This document shows, one piece after another, positions 1-7,905 of a stretch of DNA of 32,000 nt. The position numbers and the translations under genes were made by a program. The notes under the pieces are model-generated. The model saw nothing but the letters and a program-made list of their open reading frames with translations, did no database searches and was not told where the DNA came from. Numbering within the stretch: the first letter of the stretch is position 1; each line of letters opens with the position of its first letter. Origin of the DNA: Candidatus Saccharimonadota bacterium (lineage in GTDB: Archaea > Nanohalarchaeota > Nanosalinia > Nanosalinales > Nanosalinaceae); the NCBI RefSeq assembly GCF_047555085.1, contig NZ_CP180230.1:270001-302000 (forward strand), given 5' to 3'.

Positions 1-162
1 GAAGTGATGCGAGTATACCTCTCCAACTTTCTCGGATTCTGTATGATCAGCTATGTAACTGACTACATTCCTCCCTATGTGGCCTATACCTGCAAGGCCC
101 TCTATAAATACCGGATTTTCGACATCAAAATCTTTCTCCATCTCTATTCTTGTAGTCTTCAT
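1..162 (-). CDS. PAC2 / proteasome-assembly-chaperone family protein, first 54 codons (gene runs off the left edge)
   Basis: Not in the ORF track because there is no stop in the window. Hand translation of the minus strand from ATG 160-162 gives MKTTRIEMEKDFDVENPVFIEGLAGIGHIGRNVVSYIADHTESEKVGEVYSHHF. The FIEGLxGIGxxG pattern and the position just downstream of nop10 fit archaeal PAC2 (COG1938-type) proteins. Confidence 0.5.
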   Translation of the reverse strand, partial: MKTTRIEMEKDFDVENPVFIEGLAGIGHIGRNVVSYIADHTESEKVGEVYSHHF

Positions 163-165
163 AAT

Positions 166-312
166 TTATTCAACCTCTTTTTTCGTTTTGCGTCTGTACT
201 TGCCATGCCTGTCCGGGAACGAAAACTTTGGAGGCCTGGCCTTGACAGTTTTCACGCCGTCAAGTTCATCTTTCAACGTGTACCTATTAGTCTCTGGACA
301 CTTTTTAATCAC
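166..312 (-). CDS. nop10: H/ACA RNP protein Nop10 (48 aa, GTG start)
   Basis: Below the ORF-track size cutoff. Hand translation gives VIKKCPETNRYTLKDELDGVKTVKARPPKFSFPDRHGKYRRKTKKEVE. The ARPPKFSxxDxxGKYRR core matches the Nop10 signature, and it sits in the conserved position after aIF2alpha. An in-frame TGA lies 9 nt upstream of the GTG. Confidence 0.7.
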   Translation of the reverse strand: MIKKCPETNRYTLKDELDGVKTVKARPPKFSFPDRHGKYRRKTKKEVE

Positions 313-347
313 GGTAACTTTTTCACCTGAGTTAAAGAAAAAATTTT

Positions 348-1103
348 TCAGGCTCTTGAGAACTCGAAGTTCCCGTCAAGCTCGTCAACTTTTTCCCGAA
401 TATTTCTTACAGAGTTATCGATACGTTTCTTCGCAAGCTCCTGTGTACGGCCCCAGGCAGTGATAGAGTACTCTGGAGCGGAGATGTACTTCACTTCAAC
501 GCCGTCATTTATATCGGAGAGAACTTCCTTGATACGTTCAACTCCGTCTCCCTGAGGGAAAGAAAGCTCCAGTGTACCTTCCAGTTTCTCCTGCTTCAGA
601 TCGATGTTGTCTCTTGCAACGTCCTGAATAGCCGCTACAACATCTTCATCGAACAGATTCTGAAGCTTCTCTTCCTCGGCCTCTGAAATCTCAAATCCGT
701 AGAAAGAGCTTCCGAACTCTTCCTGCATCCTGAACCCGATATCTTCGTATACATCATCGACTTCACGATCCAGTTTCTCGGCAAGATCCTCGATAAAGCT
801 TTCAGCCTTCTGCTCCTTCTTCCAGCGCTCCATCGTATCGCGCTTGTTATTATCATTTACACGCTTCAAAGACAGAGTAACAGTATCTCCCTCTGCGTCA
901 ATAACCTGTGCAACATTCTTCTCACCCTCACTGAGTTCTTTAGTCATATCCTGAACCCAGGAACGTGAAACCTCGGAGATATGGATAAGGCCTTCAACGT
1001 CCTCGTACTCCTCAAGATCTGCATAAGCAGAGTTCTTGTCAACATCAGTAAGAGTTACAACAACAAAATCTCCTTCCTCAGGCCTATCCTTGTACCATCT
1101 CAT
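348..1103 (-). CDS. eif2a: translation initiation factor aIF2 alpha subunit
   Basis: 251-aa ORF with an N-terminal S1/OB domain (GDFVVVTLTDV...GLIHISEVSRSWV) followed by a helical and an alpha-beta domain. Canonical neighbourhood with nop10 and S27e/L44e. Confidence 0.9.
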   Translation of the reverse strand: MRWYKDRPEEGDFVVVTLTDVDKNSAYADLEEYEDVEGLIHISEVSRSWVQDMTKELSEGEKNVAQVIDAEGDTVTLSLKRVNDNNKRDTMERWKKEQKAESFIEDLAEKLDREVDDVYEDIGFRMQEEFGSSFYGFEISEAEEEKLQNLFDEDVVAAIQDVARDNIDLKQEKLEGTLELSFPQGDGVERIKEVLSDINDGVEVKYISAPEYSITAWGRTQELAKKRIDNSVRNIREKVDELDGNFEFSRA

Positions 1104-1126
1104 AAATACACAAAACGCAAGACAAC

Positions 1127-1136
1127 TTTAAAAATA
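1127..1136. promoter_or_regulatory. TATA-like element (TTTAAAAATA) in the divergent spacer between aIF2alpha and the LamG gene
   Basis: A/T box about 25-30 nt upstream of the aIF2alpha ATG (1103, minus) and about 45-55 nt upstream of the LamG ATG (1181, plus). Similar TTTAAA/TTAAAAG boxes sit about 25 nt upstream of several other starts in the window. Confidence 0.4.
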
Positions 1137-1180
1137 AACTGAAAAACATAAAGGCCTCTCCAACTAAAACTCAAGTACAG

Positions 1181-1822
1181 ATGACTTTAATCGGCTACTG
1201 GCCTCTCAACGAAAACTCCGGAAAGGCCTATGATCACTCCGGCAACGATAATCACGGCACAGTGAATGGAGGGGTTACACAGGGAACAACAGGCCTTCTG
1301 GGAGATAATGCCTATAATTTCAACGGGTCAGATAGCTACGTTGACTACGGATTTTCAAAGAACTTCAGCAAGGTATCAATGTTTTGCTGGATATACATTA
1401 CAGATATCTCCAATTACGATTCACTGATCAGCAAGTACGGAGGAGAAAACTCTGTAGGCGGCAGATCTTACGAACTACTTCAAAACGATCAAGGCGGAAT
1501 AAGATTTCACACCTCCGATGATCGCTTCGACTCAGACTCTCAGATCCAGGAATCCCAGTGGCATCACGTAGGCGCCACATGGGACGGAAATCAAGCCAGA
1601 ATTTTCATAGACGGAAAACAGGATAACTCCAGCCAGAACCTGACACATAACACAAACAATATTACCTGGCAAACAGGAAGAAGCCCCAGATCAACTAACT
1701 ACACACAAGGAAAAATCTCCGAAGTCCGTATCTACAATAGGCCTATCACAGAACGTGAAGTCCAGTACCTCTATCAAGTTGGGAGTAGAGGCCTTCAGAC
1801 AACTTCCAAGAAAACTTCCTGA
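1181..1822 (+). CDS. LamG / concanavalin-A-like lectin fold protein (213 aa, no signal peptide)
   Basis: Laminin_G_3-like pattern: LNENSG..AYDHSGNDNHGT..., LGDNAYNFNGSDSYVDYG, WHHVGATWDG..ARIFIDG, GKISEVRIYNRPIT. Paralogue of 9893..10558. Confidence 0.7.
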   Translation: MTLIGYWPLNENSGKAYDHSGNDNHGTVNGGVTQGTTGLLGDNAYNFNGSDSYVDYGFSKNFSKVSMFCWIYITDISNYDSLISKYGGENSVGGRSYELLQNDQGGIRFHTSDDRFDSDSQIQESQWHHVGATWDGNQARIFIDGKQDNSSQNLTHNTNNITWQTGRSPRSTNYTQGKISEVRIYNRPITEREVQYLYQVGSRGLQTTSKKTS

Positions 1823-1847
1823 GATAAGAAAAGGGAGTAGAGAAAAT

Positions 1848-2021
1848 TTATTCTACTTCGAGTTCTTCTACTACTTCTGCATTCAAGTCTGCTTTTCCTC
1901 CTGTAGGATGCGCGAGAACTTCACTGCAGACAAGGCATTGTACTTCTTCGGAAGGCCTTGAGAAGATTACTTGCTGATTTCCACATTCGCTGCATTCTGC
2001 TCTAATAAATTTCTGTGCCAT
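1848..2021 (-). CDS. rps27e: 30S ribosomal protein S27e
   Basis: MAQKFIRAECSECGNQQVIFSRPSEEVQCLVCSEVLAHPTGGKA is a C4 zinc-ribbon S27e signature. The ORF track extends to a GTG at 2033; the ATG at 2019-2021 is the more likely start. Confidence 0.9.
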   Translation of the reverse strand: MAQKFIRAECSECGNQQVIFSRPSEEVQCLVCSEVLAHPTGGKADLNAEVVEELEVE

Positions 2022-2038
2022 TGATATAATCACTTGTT

Positions 2039-2341
2039 TTATCTTTCGATCTCGAACTTTGCAGCTCTGATCGAGTTGTTAGGTTTCCAGGATTTACCGC
2101 ATTCTGTACATGTGAACTGTAGATCCTTGTTGCCTGATGTAGGGTTGCTTCCTCCTCTTGCCCGATTAGCAGGATTCTCGTAAGGGAAGCTTCCGTATCC
2201 GTTATCAATTTTTCTCTGTCGCTTCCTGTGCTTCTTCTTCATAGGGCTAGCTGTTTGATTGGTGACCTCTTTGACTGTCTGGTCGGTGTGTTCATCACAG
2301 CTCGGGCAGTAACGTCTCTGCTCTTTTGGAATCGTAACCAT
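2039..2341 (-). CDS. rpl44e: 50S ribosomal protein L44e (eL42)
   Basis: 100 aa, basic, with CPSC...CTEC zinc-ribbon cysteines and KKKHRKRQRK. Lies immediately upstream of S27e, as in most archaea. Confidence 0.9.
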   Translation of the reverse strand: MVTIPKEQRRYCPSCDEHTDQTVKEVTNQTASPMKKKHRKRQRKIDNGYGSFPYENPANRARGGSNPTSGNKDLQFTCTECGKSWKPNNSIRAAKFEIER

Positions 2342-2399
2342 ACAAAGAACAAATGGTGTTAAACTTTAAAAGGACAACCCCGTCCTCCTGAAAATTCTT

Positions 2400-3032
2400 T
2401 TACCTGTGAATGATCCTTGTCCCGGAGGCCTCTTCAGGACTCTCCAGGTTCTCGAGAGAGGCCTCGAAAATCTTTGTATCTATCATGGAGCGCTCTATCA
2501 AACGCACAGCAGCCTCATCCACGACAGAGTATATACCTGGCTCGTTGCTCCCTCCTGTGATATCCAGAAGCTCTTCGACAGTGATCTCATCGAACTTTCT
2601 GGCGTCTTCAACTTTCTCCGGATCATCGGTGTACACGCCGTCAACAGTAGTCGCGATGTACAGATCAGCATCAAGTAACTCTGCAACAGTAGCCGCAACA
2701 GCATCCGTGGAATAGCCGGGCACAAGGCCTCCCATGACAACATTCATCCCGGAGGAAGCTGCCTTCTGAACTTCTTCAGGCCTTTCAGGTACTTCAGGAT
2801 ACGTATCATCCATAGCCGTCAGCAAAGTCTGAGCGTGAAGCCTTGTAGCCTTTATACCGATCAGATCTTTCTCTCCATTATTTCCCTTTACAGCACTCTG
2901 ATATCTGTTTAATTTTCCGGCTCCTGTAACTACAGCGATCTGCTCATCAGGAAAGGCCTCTGCGAAATCATTGATCCTCTCCAGATTATCCTGTATAACT
3001 GTTCCACCGACGGCAAAAACTTTTTCAACCAT
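2400..3032 (-). CDS. pyrH: amino-acid-kinase family protein, probable archaeal-type UMP kinase
   Basis: 210 aa with FAVGGTVI..., VVTGAGKL, GGLVPGYSTDAVAATVAELLDADLYIATTVDGVYTDDP. These are typical carbamate/UMP-kinase fold motifs and the size fits archaeal PyrH. Isopentenyl phosphate kinase cannot be excluded by eye. Confidence 0.6.
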   Translation of the reverse strand: MVEKVFAVGGTVIQDNLERINDFAEAFPDEQIAVVTGAGKLNRYQSAVKGNNGEKDLIGIKATRLHAQTLLTAMDDTYPEVPERPEEVQKAASSGMNVVMGGLVPGYSTDAVAATVAELLDADLYIATTVDGVYTDDPEKVEDARKFDEITVEELLDITGGSNEPGIYSVVDEAAVRLIERSMIDTKIFEASLENLESPEEASGTRIIHR

Positions 3033-3689
3033 CTATTTCACCACCTCGGCGTTTCCACGATTCACAAGTATCTCTGCATTATCCTCAGGGATTTCTACTT
3101 CATCCCCTTCGTCGAAAGGCCCGTAGGCCTCGAGATCAGTTCCCATGAACTCTGGAACGCTTGAAGTTATCTCAACAAGATTGTAGCCATCCTCAACATC
3201 TACTTCATCTTCGGCCTCTTCGTCTTCTTCACTTTTATCGTCTTCATCCATAGCAGGCCCGTTATCTATTTCCTCAGTAACTTCTTCAGAGGCCTCTTCC
3301 TCCATGCTGGACAGGCCTTTCTCCGTTGACTCTATCATGCTGTCAACTCTGTCATGATGTCTGTCGAACATGTCTTTCATGTCGCGGAAAAGTTCCTGCT
3401 CCTCTGGAAGAAGATTCAGCTTTGAGCTCTTTACACTTCCCGTGTTTGATGACAGACGGGCTTTCTTCACTATTTTCTCCTCTCTGAGTGATATTATCTT
3501 GTCAAGGACTCTGCGAGCATTCTGATATTCTCGTGACTCTCCTTCGGCCTGTTTCTTCTGCTGGAAGTAGTTGGCAGTCCTCAAGAGAAACTTGTCATCA
3601 AGTTCCACAAGTTCCTGCTGTTTGTTCTCCTTCTTCTGTTTTTTCCGGAGTTCGCTGAACGTCAGAACGTTTTCAGAATCCTCACTCAT
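3033..3689 (-). CDS. GINS subunit (Gins51/Gins15-like) with a long acidic linker
   Basis: N-terminal helical A domain (LTFSELRKKQ...LDDKFLLRTANYF...YQNARRVLDKIISLREEKIVKKA). C-terminal B domain (LVEITSSVPEFMGTDLEAYGPFDEGDEVEIPEDNAEILVNRGNAEVV). Located directly downstream of priS, the conserved archaeal priS-gins arrangement. Confidence 0.65.
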   Translation of the reverse strand: MSEDSENVLTFSELRKKQKKENKQQELVELDDKFLLRTANYFQQKKQAEGESREYQNARRVLDKIISLREEKIVKKARLSSNTGSVKSSKLNLLPEEQELFRDMKDMFDRHHDRVDSMIESTEKGLSSMEEEASEEVTEEIDNGPAMDEDDKSEEDEEAEDEVDVEDGYNLVEITSSVPEFMGTDLEAYGPFDEGDEVEIPEDNAEILVNRGNAEVVK

Positions 3690-3737
3690 TATACCTAGAA
3701 CCTGTTATCAAAGCTTTTTATCCTTCAACAAAAACTT

Positions 3738-5090
3738 TCACTCGAAGCATTCCTGAACGTGCTTCTTGTAGTAACTCTCCATCTCGTACTCTTTACCACA
3801 GTAAGGACAGACAAGATCATCTTCATCGTCGTCATCGTCACTACGATTCTTCACCTTTCTGAAAACATAACTCACAGGATTAGAAACTTTCTCCTCGAGA
3901 GAATCTCCCTCATACACCTGCATATCCTTGTAATATCCGTTGGAATCATAGTTCGGAGGAGGAACAATCTCACTTCTCTTCCTGTGCCAGTTAAGCTGTC
4001 CTTTAACATAAGAATCGCGTAAAGGCTCTTTATTTCTCTCATTCCACTCCCAGATCTTCGCCTCTATCTCATCCATTCCGTAGCCAACAGTTCTGTAAAA
4101 ATTAACAAGCACAAACAAAGCTCTTTTTCTGCCGTCCTCCAGGCCTTCCAGAATATTCTTTATCGTTGGCGGAAAATGCTTCTCCGAGATCGCCTCATCA
4201 GGCCTCTCAAAATCTTTATCAGACTTTGATACACGCTTCTCTTTCCTTTTCTCACGCTTCTGCTCCATAAAATCCATGGCCTGGACTACAAGATTCGTGG
4301 CTTCGTTCTCCTCAAAGCTGTCGAGAAATCCTACCTCAAAATCAACTTTATCCATCTCAGCGTCCTCTTTCTCGAAATCATCAATTTCTTCAGGCCTTAT
4401 CGGCAGTGATACAAGCCACGAGCCGTCGTGAAGACTGTAAGGCATACGGAAGAGATGTCTCTGTCCCCAGTCGTTCTCTATATCAGACACTTGATACGGA
4501 TCAAGGCCTTCATCCGTCTCCATCTCCTCCTCAAATCCTGCATCTCGTACCTTCTCTACAAGCTCGTCTTCAAGCTTTTCACGTATGTAATCAACTATTC
4601 CACGCCCCAGCTCTGGATAAAGATTTGCTATGCCTTCGTCGCCTACTTTCTCAGGGAAGGCCTCAGCTCTAACGCCGATATGGAATCCGCGGTTTCCGGA
4701 GAACTTTACAGAGATATTTTCGATACCGTGCTGTCTTAGTTCTTCAATTACAAGTTTAGCTGTCTCCTTTGCCAGTTCAAAGCTGTAATCACAGTCAATA
4801 TCTATCACTAGATCCCAGCTCTTCCTGAGATCATCAAGATTTGATACAGAATCAATCAGCAGAGGATTCCGCCATCTCTCAACGGACGCATGGAACGCTA
4901 CTGCGCCATCCTCCACGAACTGCTGGAAATCTCCAGGAAAATTTATCGCGTCAGGCCTCTGCCCGTAACTTTCTTCATAAGTCGGAACTACTTCACGGTA
5001 CTGGCCTCTGTCCAGAAACCGGTTCACAAGCTCCTCCTGTTCATAATACTGGCGAATCTTCCAGTCCTGCGGTTTTTCCCTCTCCCCCAT
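3738..5090 (-). CDS. priS: DNA primase, catalytic PriS domain fused to a PriL-CTD-like helical domain and a C-terminal C2HC zinc knuckle
   Basis: AEP motifs DLVIDIDCD, SGNRGFHIGV and RMPYSLHDGS. Later, HFPPTIKNILEGLEDGRKRALFVLVNFYRTVGYGMDEIEAKIWEW resembles the FPPC...G..RF.L..FL..IG motif of the primase large-subunit C-terminal domain. The protein ends in an Asp run plus CPYCGKEY...H...C. Confidence 0.85.
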   Translation of the reverse strand: MGEREKPQDWKIRQYYEQEELVNRFLDRGQYREVVPTYEESYGQRPDAINFPGDFQQFVEDGAVAFHASVERWRNPLLIDSVSNLDDLRKSWDLVIDIDCDYSFELAKETAKLVIEELRQHGIENISVKFSGNRGFHIGVRAEAFPEKVGDEGIANLYPELGRGIVDYIREKLEDELVEKVRDAGFEEEMETDEGLDPYQVSDIENDWGQRHLFRMPYSLHDGSWLVSLPIRPEEIDDFEKEDAEMDKVDFEVGFLDSFEENEATNLVVQAMDFMEQKREKRKEKRVSKSDKDFERPDEAISEKHFPPTIKNILEGLEDGRKRALFVLVNFYRTVGYGMDEIEAKIWEWNERNKEPLRDSYVKGQLNWHRKRSEIVPPPNYDSNGYYKDMQVYEGDSLEEKVSNPVSYVFRKVKNRSDDDDDEDDLVCPYCGKEYEMESYYKKHVQECFE

Positions 5091-5190
5091 AACTCAAGTT
5101 TCCCGGTAAACGGTAAAAAGACTTTTCGATAAGTGTTCTTTCCACCAAGTCATTACAGTATTTAAGATTCTGGCCGGATTGTCTAAACCT

Positions 5191-5919
5191 ATGGCAGACT
5201 ACGACGAAGGATATTCAGAGGAACGTTATGGCGCCCTCGGAGGCCAGAATATACTTGAAAAAGAGAACAAGCACTACAGAGAAATGCTTGAAGGCCTCGG
5301 CGCTGAAGAAGGAGACAGAGTACTGGAGCTTGGCTCCAACGACGCACTTCTATCTGAATACCTTTCAGAGTGGTACGAGATGCATTCTGCTGATGTAGAG
5401 AGAAATCCATTAGTTGAAGCCCGTGAAAACGGGAGATCGGAGGCCCAGTACCAGGTGGACGGCCACAGACTGCCTTTCCAGGACAACAGTTTTGATTATG
5501 TTGTTATGCCACGTATGCTGCACCTTGATGTTGTAGATGAGCCTGAAGTAGTACAGGAGGCCTCCAGAGTCGCTGAAAAAGGATTTGCGTTCGATGTATT
5601 CTCCAGAGGAAGCTTCAGATTCCATAATCCTGTCATGCACAAAATAAATGAGAACATGCCGAAAAGCAATCTGAGAAGCAAGGCAGAGATCACTGGATAT
5701 GGGCCTGTAAACGGATGGCTGGAGGAATACGAGGATGATCAGATAGAAACTTTCTCCGATTTCGTAGTCCCGTTCGGAGCCTTCAAGAAGTCCGACAACG
5801 AGGCCTACGTCAACGCTGTAGAACGGATAAACAAAGCTTTCGAGGCCTGGGGACGCTCAGATATCCCGGATCCGAACTCGGTAATCTATACAAGCGTCGA
5901 TATGGAAGACGATTTCTAG
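5191..5919 (+). CDS. class I SAM-dependent methyltransferase
   Basis: Motif I-like VLELGSNDALL, an acidic residue after beta2 (HSADVE), and FDYVVMPRMLH (motif IV region). The ORF track starts at a TTG (5179); the ATG at 5191 is more likely, with a TATTTAAG box about 25-30 nt upstream. Confidence 0.7.
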   Translation: MADYDEGYSEERYGALGGQNILEKENKHYREMLEGLGAEEGDRVLELGSNDALLSEYLSEWYEMHSADVERNPLVEARENGRSEAQYQVDGHRLPFQDNSFDYVVMPRMLHLDVVDEPEVVQEASRVAEKGFAFDVFSRGSFRFHNPVMHKINENMPKSNLRSKAEITGYGPVNGWLEEYEDDQIETFSDFVVPFGAFKKSDNEAYVNAVERINKAFEAWGRSDIPDPNSVIYTSVDMEDDF

Positions 5920-5977
5920 AAATTTTTTCTATTCACAGGCGAAAACAGTATAACTTTTCAAGTAGAAACTTCTTGCC

Positions 5978-6376
5978 GTGAGAAACCTGGCGAAAATCCT
6001 CAACGCACTGAATGAAAGGCCCAGAAACTTCTCCGATCTAAAGAAGGAGACAGGCCTCGCCAACGGAGTCATCCAGCACCATGCCGATAACTCCGAGAGG
6101 ATTGTCAGGGAGAAGGACGTCCTGATGCTCCGCAGTGAATGCGATAACTGTCCTCTCAAAGGCCTCTGCAGGGAAAAATGCATGTTAAACGTTCTTGCAG
6201 ATGAGAAGAAAAAATTCATCGTAGAAAAATTCAATGAATGTTCACAGGCCTCGATCAGCCGCCAACTCGATGTTTCAAGAGCAACTGTACATTACCACGT
6301 CGAAAAGTTACGCGAAGCAGGTGTCATAGAGAACGAAGCAGTCCGGCCTGAAGTAAAATCTGTTCTACAGCCTTGA
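5978..6376 (+). CDS. transcriptional regulator with two HTH-like segments flanking a four-Cys cluster
   Basis: N-terminal ArsR-like LAKILNALNERPRNFSDLKKETGLANGVIQHH, central CDNCPLKGLCREKC, and C-terminal SQASISRQLDVSRATVHYHVEKLREAGVI. GTG start. The 3' end overlaps the 3' end of the convergent cysteine desulfurase gene by 12 nt. Confidence 0.6.
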   Translation: MRNLAKILNALNERPRNFSDLKKETGLANGVIQHHADNSERIVREKDVLMLRSECDNCPLKGLCREKCMLNVLADEKKKFIVEKFNECSQASISRQLDVSRATVHYHVEKLREAGVIENEAVRPEVKSVLQP

Positions 6377-7477
6377 AAGCTTTCTGACTTCTTTAACAAA
6401 CTTTTCCACGTCTTCCTCCGTGTTGTACAGGTGTAGGGAGGCTCTGACAGTTCCGTCAAAGTTTCTGTCATTGAACCATGGATGGACGCAGTGTCTGCCG
6501 GCTCTGACCTTTATGTCTCTCCTGTCAAGGTACTGTGCAGCCTCCCCGTGAGTTACAGAGTTAAAAGCTACAGAGACTATCCCCGGGCCTTCGCAGAAAA
6601 CTTTCACATCTGCTTCCTCCAGGCCTCTGACTATTTCATCCGTTAATTTTTCCTCGTGCCGCTGGATTTTCTCCATACCGATATCCTCTAGGTACTCGAC
6701 TGCGGCCCCGAGGCCTGTGAAGCCGGCGATATTTTTCAGACCAGGCTCGAATCCCTGTGGAAAACTTTTCCGTTCGTTCCCACTGAAACTGGAATTTTCG
6801 ACTGCACCGCCGCCGTACTTCAGAGGCGAAAGATCTTCCTGAACCTTTTTTGCGACGTAGAGGCCTCCTGTGCCTGAAGGCCCCAGCATCTTGTGCCCGG
6901 AGAAAGCCACGAAATCCGGCTCTATACTCTGTACTGAGAAAGGCCTGTGAGGGATACTCTGCGCAGCATCGATCAGTGAGTAAGCTCCCTGTTCATCCGC
7001 GATTCTACAGGCCTCTTCAACATCGAAAACTTTCCCGTCAAGATTTGAGACGTGCAAGACGCTCAGTAAATCGCCTTCACGGAGCTCAGATTCCAGAAAA
7101 TCCGTATCCAGGCCTTCCATGTTCACAGTTTCAACTCCGAGTTCCTGCCACACCGCTCTGTTCGAGTTATGCTCTCTTTCCGTCAGAAAAACTCTTTCAA
7201 CATCGAGGCCTCTGGCAACAGTATTTATCCCTTCAGTCGTTCCCGAGGTAAACATCAGTTCTCCGCGAGAGGCATCGATAAAATTTGCGACTTTTCTCCG
7301 GGCCTGTTCCAGCTCCTTCGAGGCCTTTTGGGAGATCGAGTGGCTGCTTCTCCCGGAGCATCCCGGATATTCCCTGTAGTATCTGTTTACTTTCTCTATG
7401 ACTTTTTCAGGCCTGAGGGACATGCATGCGCTGTCAAGATACGTTACATCGGGTAGAGGGAAGTCTTCACGGTACAA
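6365..7477 (-). CDS. cysteine desulfurase / class V aminotransferase (SufS/CsdA-like)
   Basis: PLP-lysine motif FSGHKMLGPSGTGGLYV and catalytic-Cys motif RAGRHCVHPW. N-terminal FPL..VTYLDSACMS. TTG start at 7477. Confidence 0.85.
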   Translation of the reverse strand: MYREDFPLPDVTYLDSACMSLRPEKVIEKVNRYYREYPGCSGRSSHSISQKASKELEQARRKVANFIDASRGELMFTSGTTEGINTVARGLDVERVFLTEREHNSNRAVWQELGVETVNMEGLDTDFLESELREGDLLSVLHVSNLDGKVFDVEEACRIADEQGAYSLIDAAQSIPHRPFSVQSIEPDFVAFSGHKMLGPSGTGGLYVAKKVQEDLSPLKYGGGAVENSSFSGNERKSFPQGFEPGLKNIAGFTGLGAAVEYLEDIGMEKIQRHEEKLTDEIVRGLEEADVKVFCEGPGIVSVAFNSVTHGEAAQYLDRRDIKVRAGRHCVHPWFNDRNFDGTVRASLHLYNTEEDVEKFVKEVRKLSRL

Positions 7478-7847
7478 GAGTTTCCCACCTCCTTTCCATC
7501 AGCCAGAGGAAGTGCTCGATGCTGCAAGCTCCTCCCGGGTTGCAGGTCCCGTAGATGTACAGATTGTACAGTGACTGGGCGACGTCCACAGTCAGTAAGA
7601 CAGTCAGCAACAGCAGGAACCAGTTGATGGCCTTGAAGTACCGGTTCACGAACCTGGCAATTCCTGGATGAAGCTTCATCGCCAGATCGATGCTCCAGGC
7701 CCTGTACTTCTCATCGAAACCGGTCTCACACGGATTTCTCTGCGCTCTGTTTTTAATACACTGTAAGGCCTCCAGTGCGTACTGCCTGTAGACAGCTGAA
7801 AAAATCCCGAGGAACGCAAAAATTATCAGGCCTACGAAACAGATCAT
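7467..7847 (-). CDS. small membrane protein with four cysteines (hypothetical)
   Basis: 126 aa with two hydrophobic helices (ICFVGLIIFAFLGIFSAV, WFLLLLTVLLTVDVA) and Cys pairs C-x10-C and C-x6-C. The stop overlaps the desulfurase start by 11 nt. Confidence 0.5.
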   Translation of the reverse strand: MICFVGLIIFAFLGIFSAVYRQYALEALQCIKNRAQRNPCETGFDEKYRAWSIDLAMKLHPGIARFVNRYFKAINWFLLLLTVLLTVDVAQSLYNLYIYGTCNPGGACSIEHFLWLMERRWETLVP

Positions 7848-7905
7848 GCAAGAAAATTAGCTGAAAGGCCTCAAATGGCTACTGGTACAGATGTCTAACA
7901 GATCT

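Noticed and set aside
4-463. Plus-strand track ORFs 4..330 and 77..463
   Set aside because: Their Cys/Phe/Leu-rich, low-complexity translations are unlike the acidic proteome. They lie antisense to well-supported minus-strand genes (PAC2 N-terminus, nop10, aIF2alpha 3' end).
2406-2743. Stack of overlapping ORFs inside the pyrH-like gene (2406..2678 and 2410..2715 on the plus strand, 2498..2743 in another minus-strand frame); similar antisense or alternate-frame ORFs lie within PriS, SufS, gatD, gatE, the kinase and other genes
   Set aside because: They are Ser/Leu/Cys-rich shadows typical of alternate-frame and antisense readings of GAx-rich acidic genes. In each case the sense ORF has clear family motifs.
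3840-3870. Asp/Glu run (DDDDDEDD) near the primase C-terminus, and similar acidic tracts in GINS, as candidate repeats
   Set aside because: These are short homopolymeric acidic linkers consistent with the overall halophile-type composition, not repeat elements.
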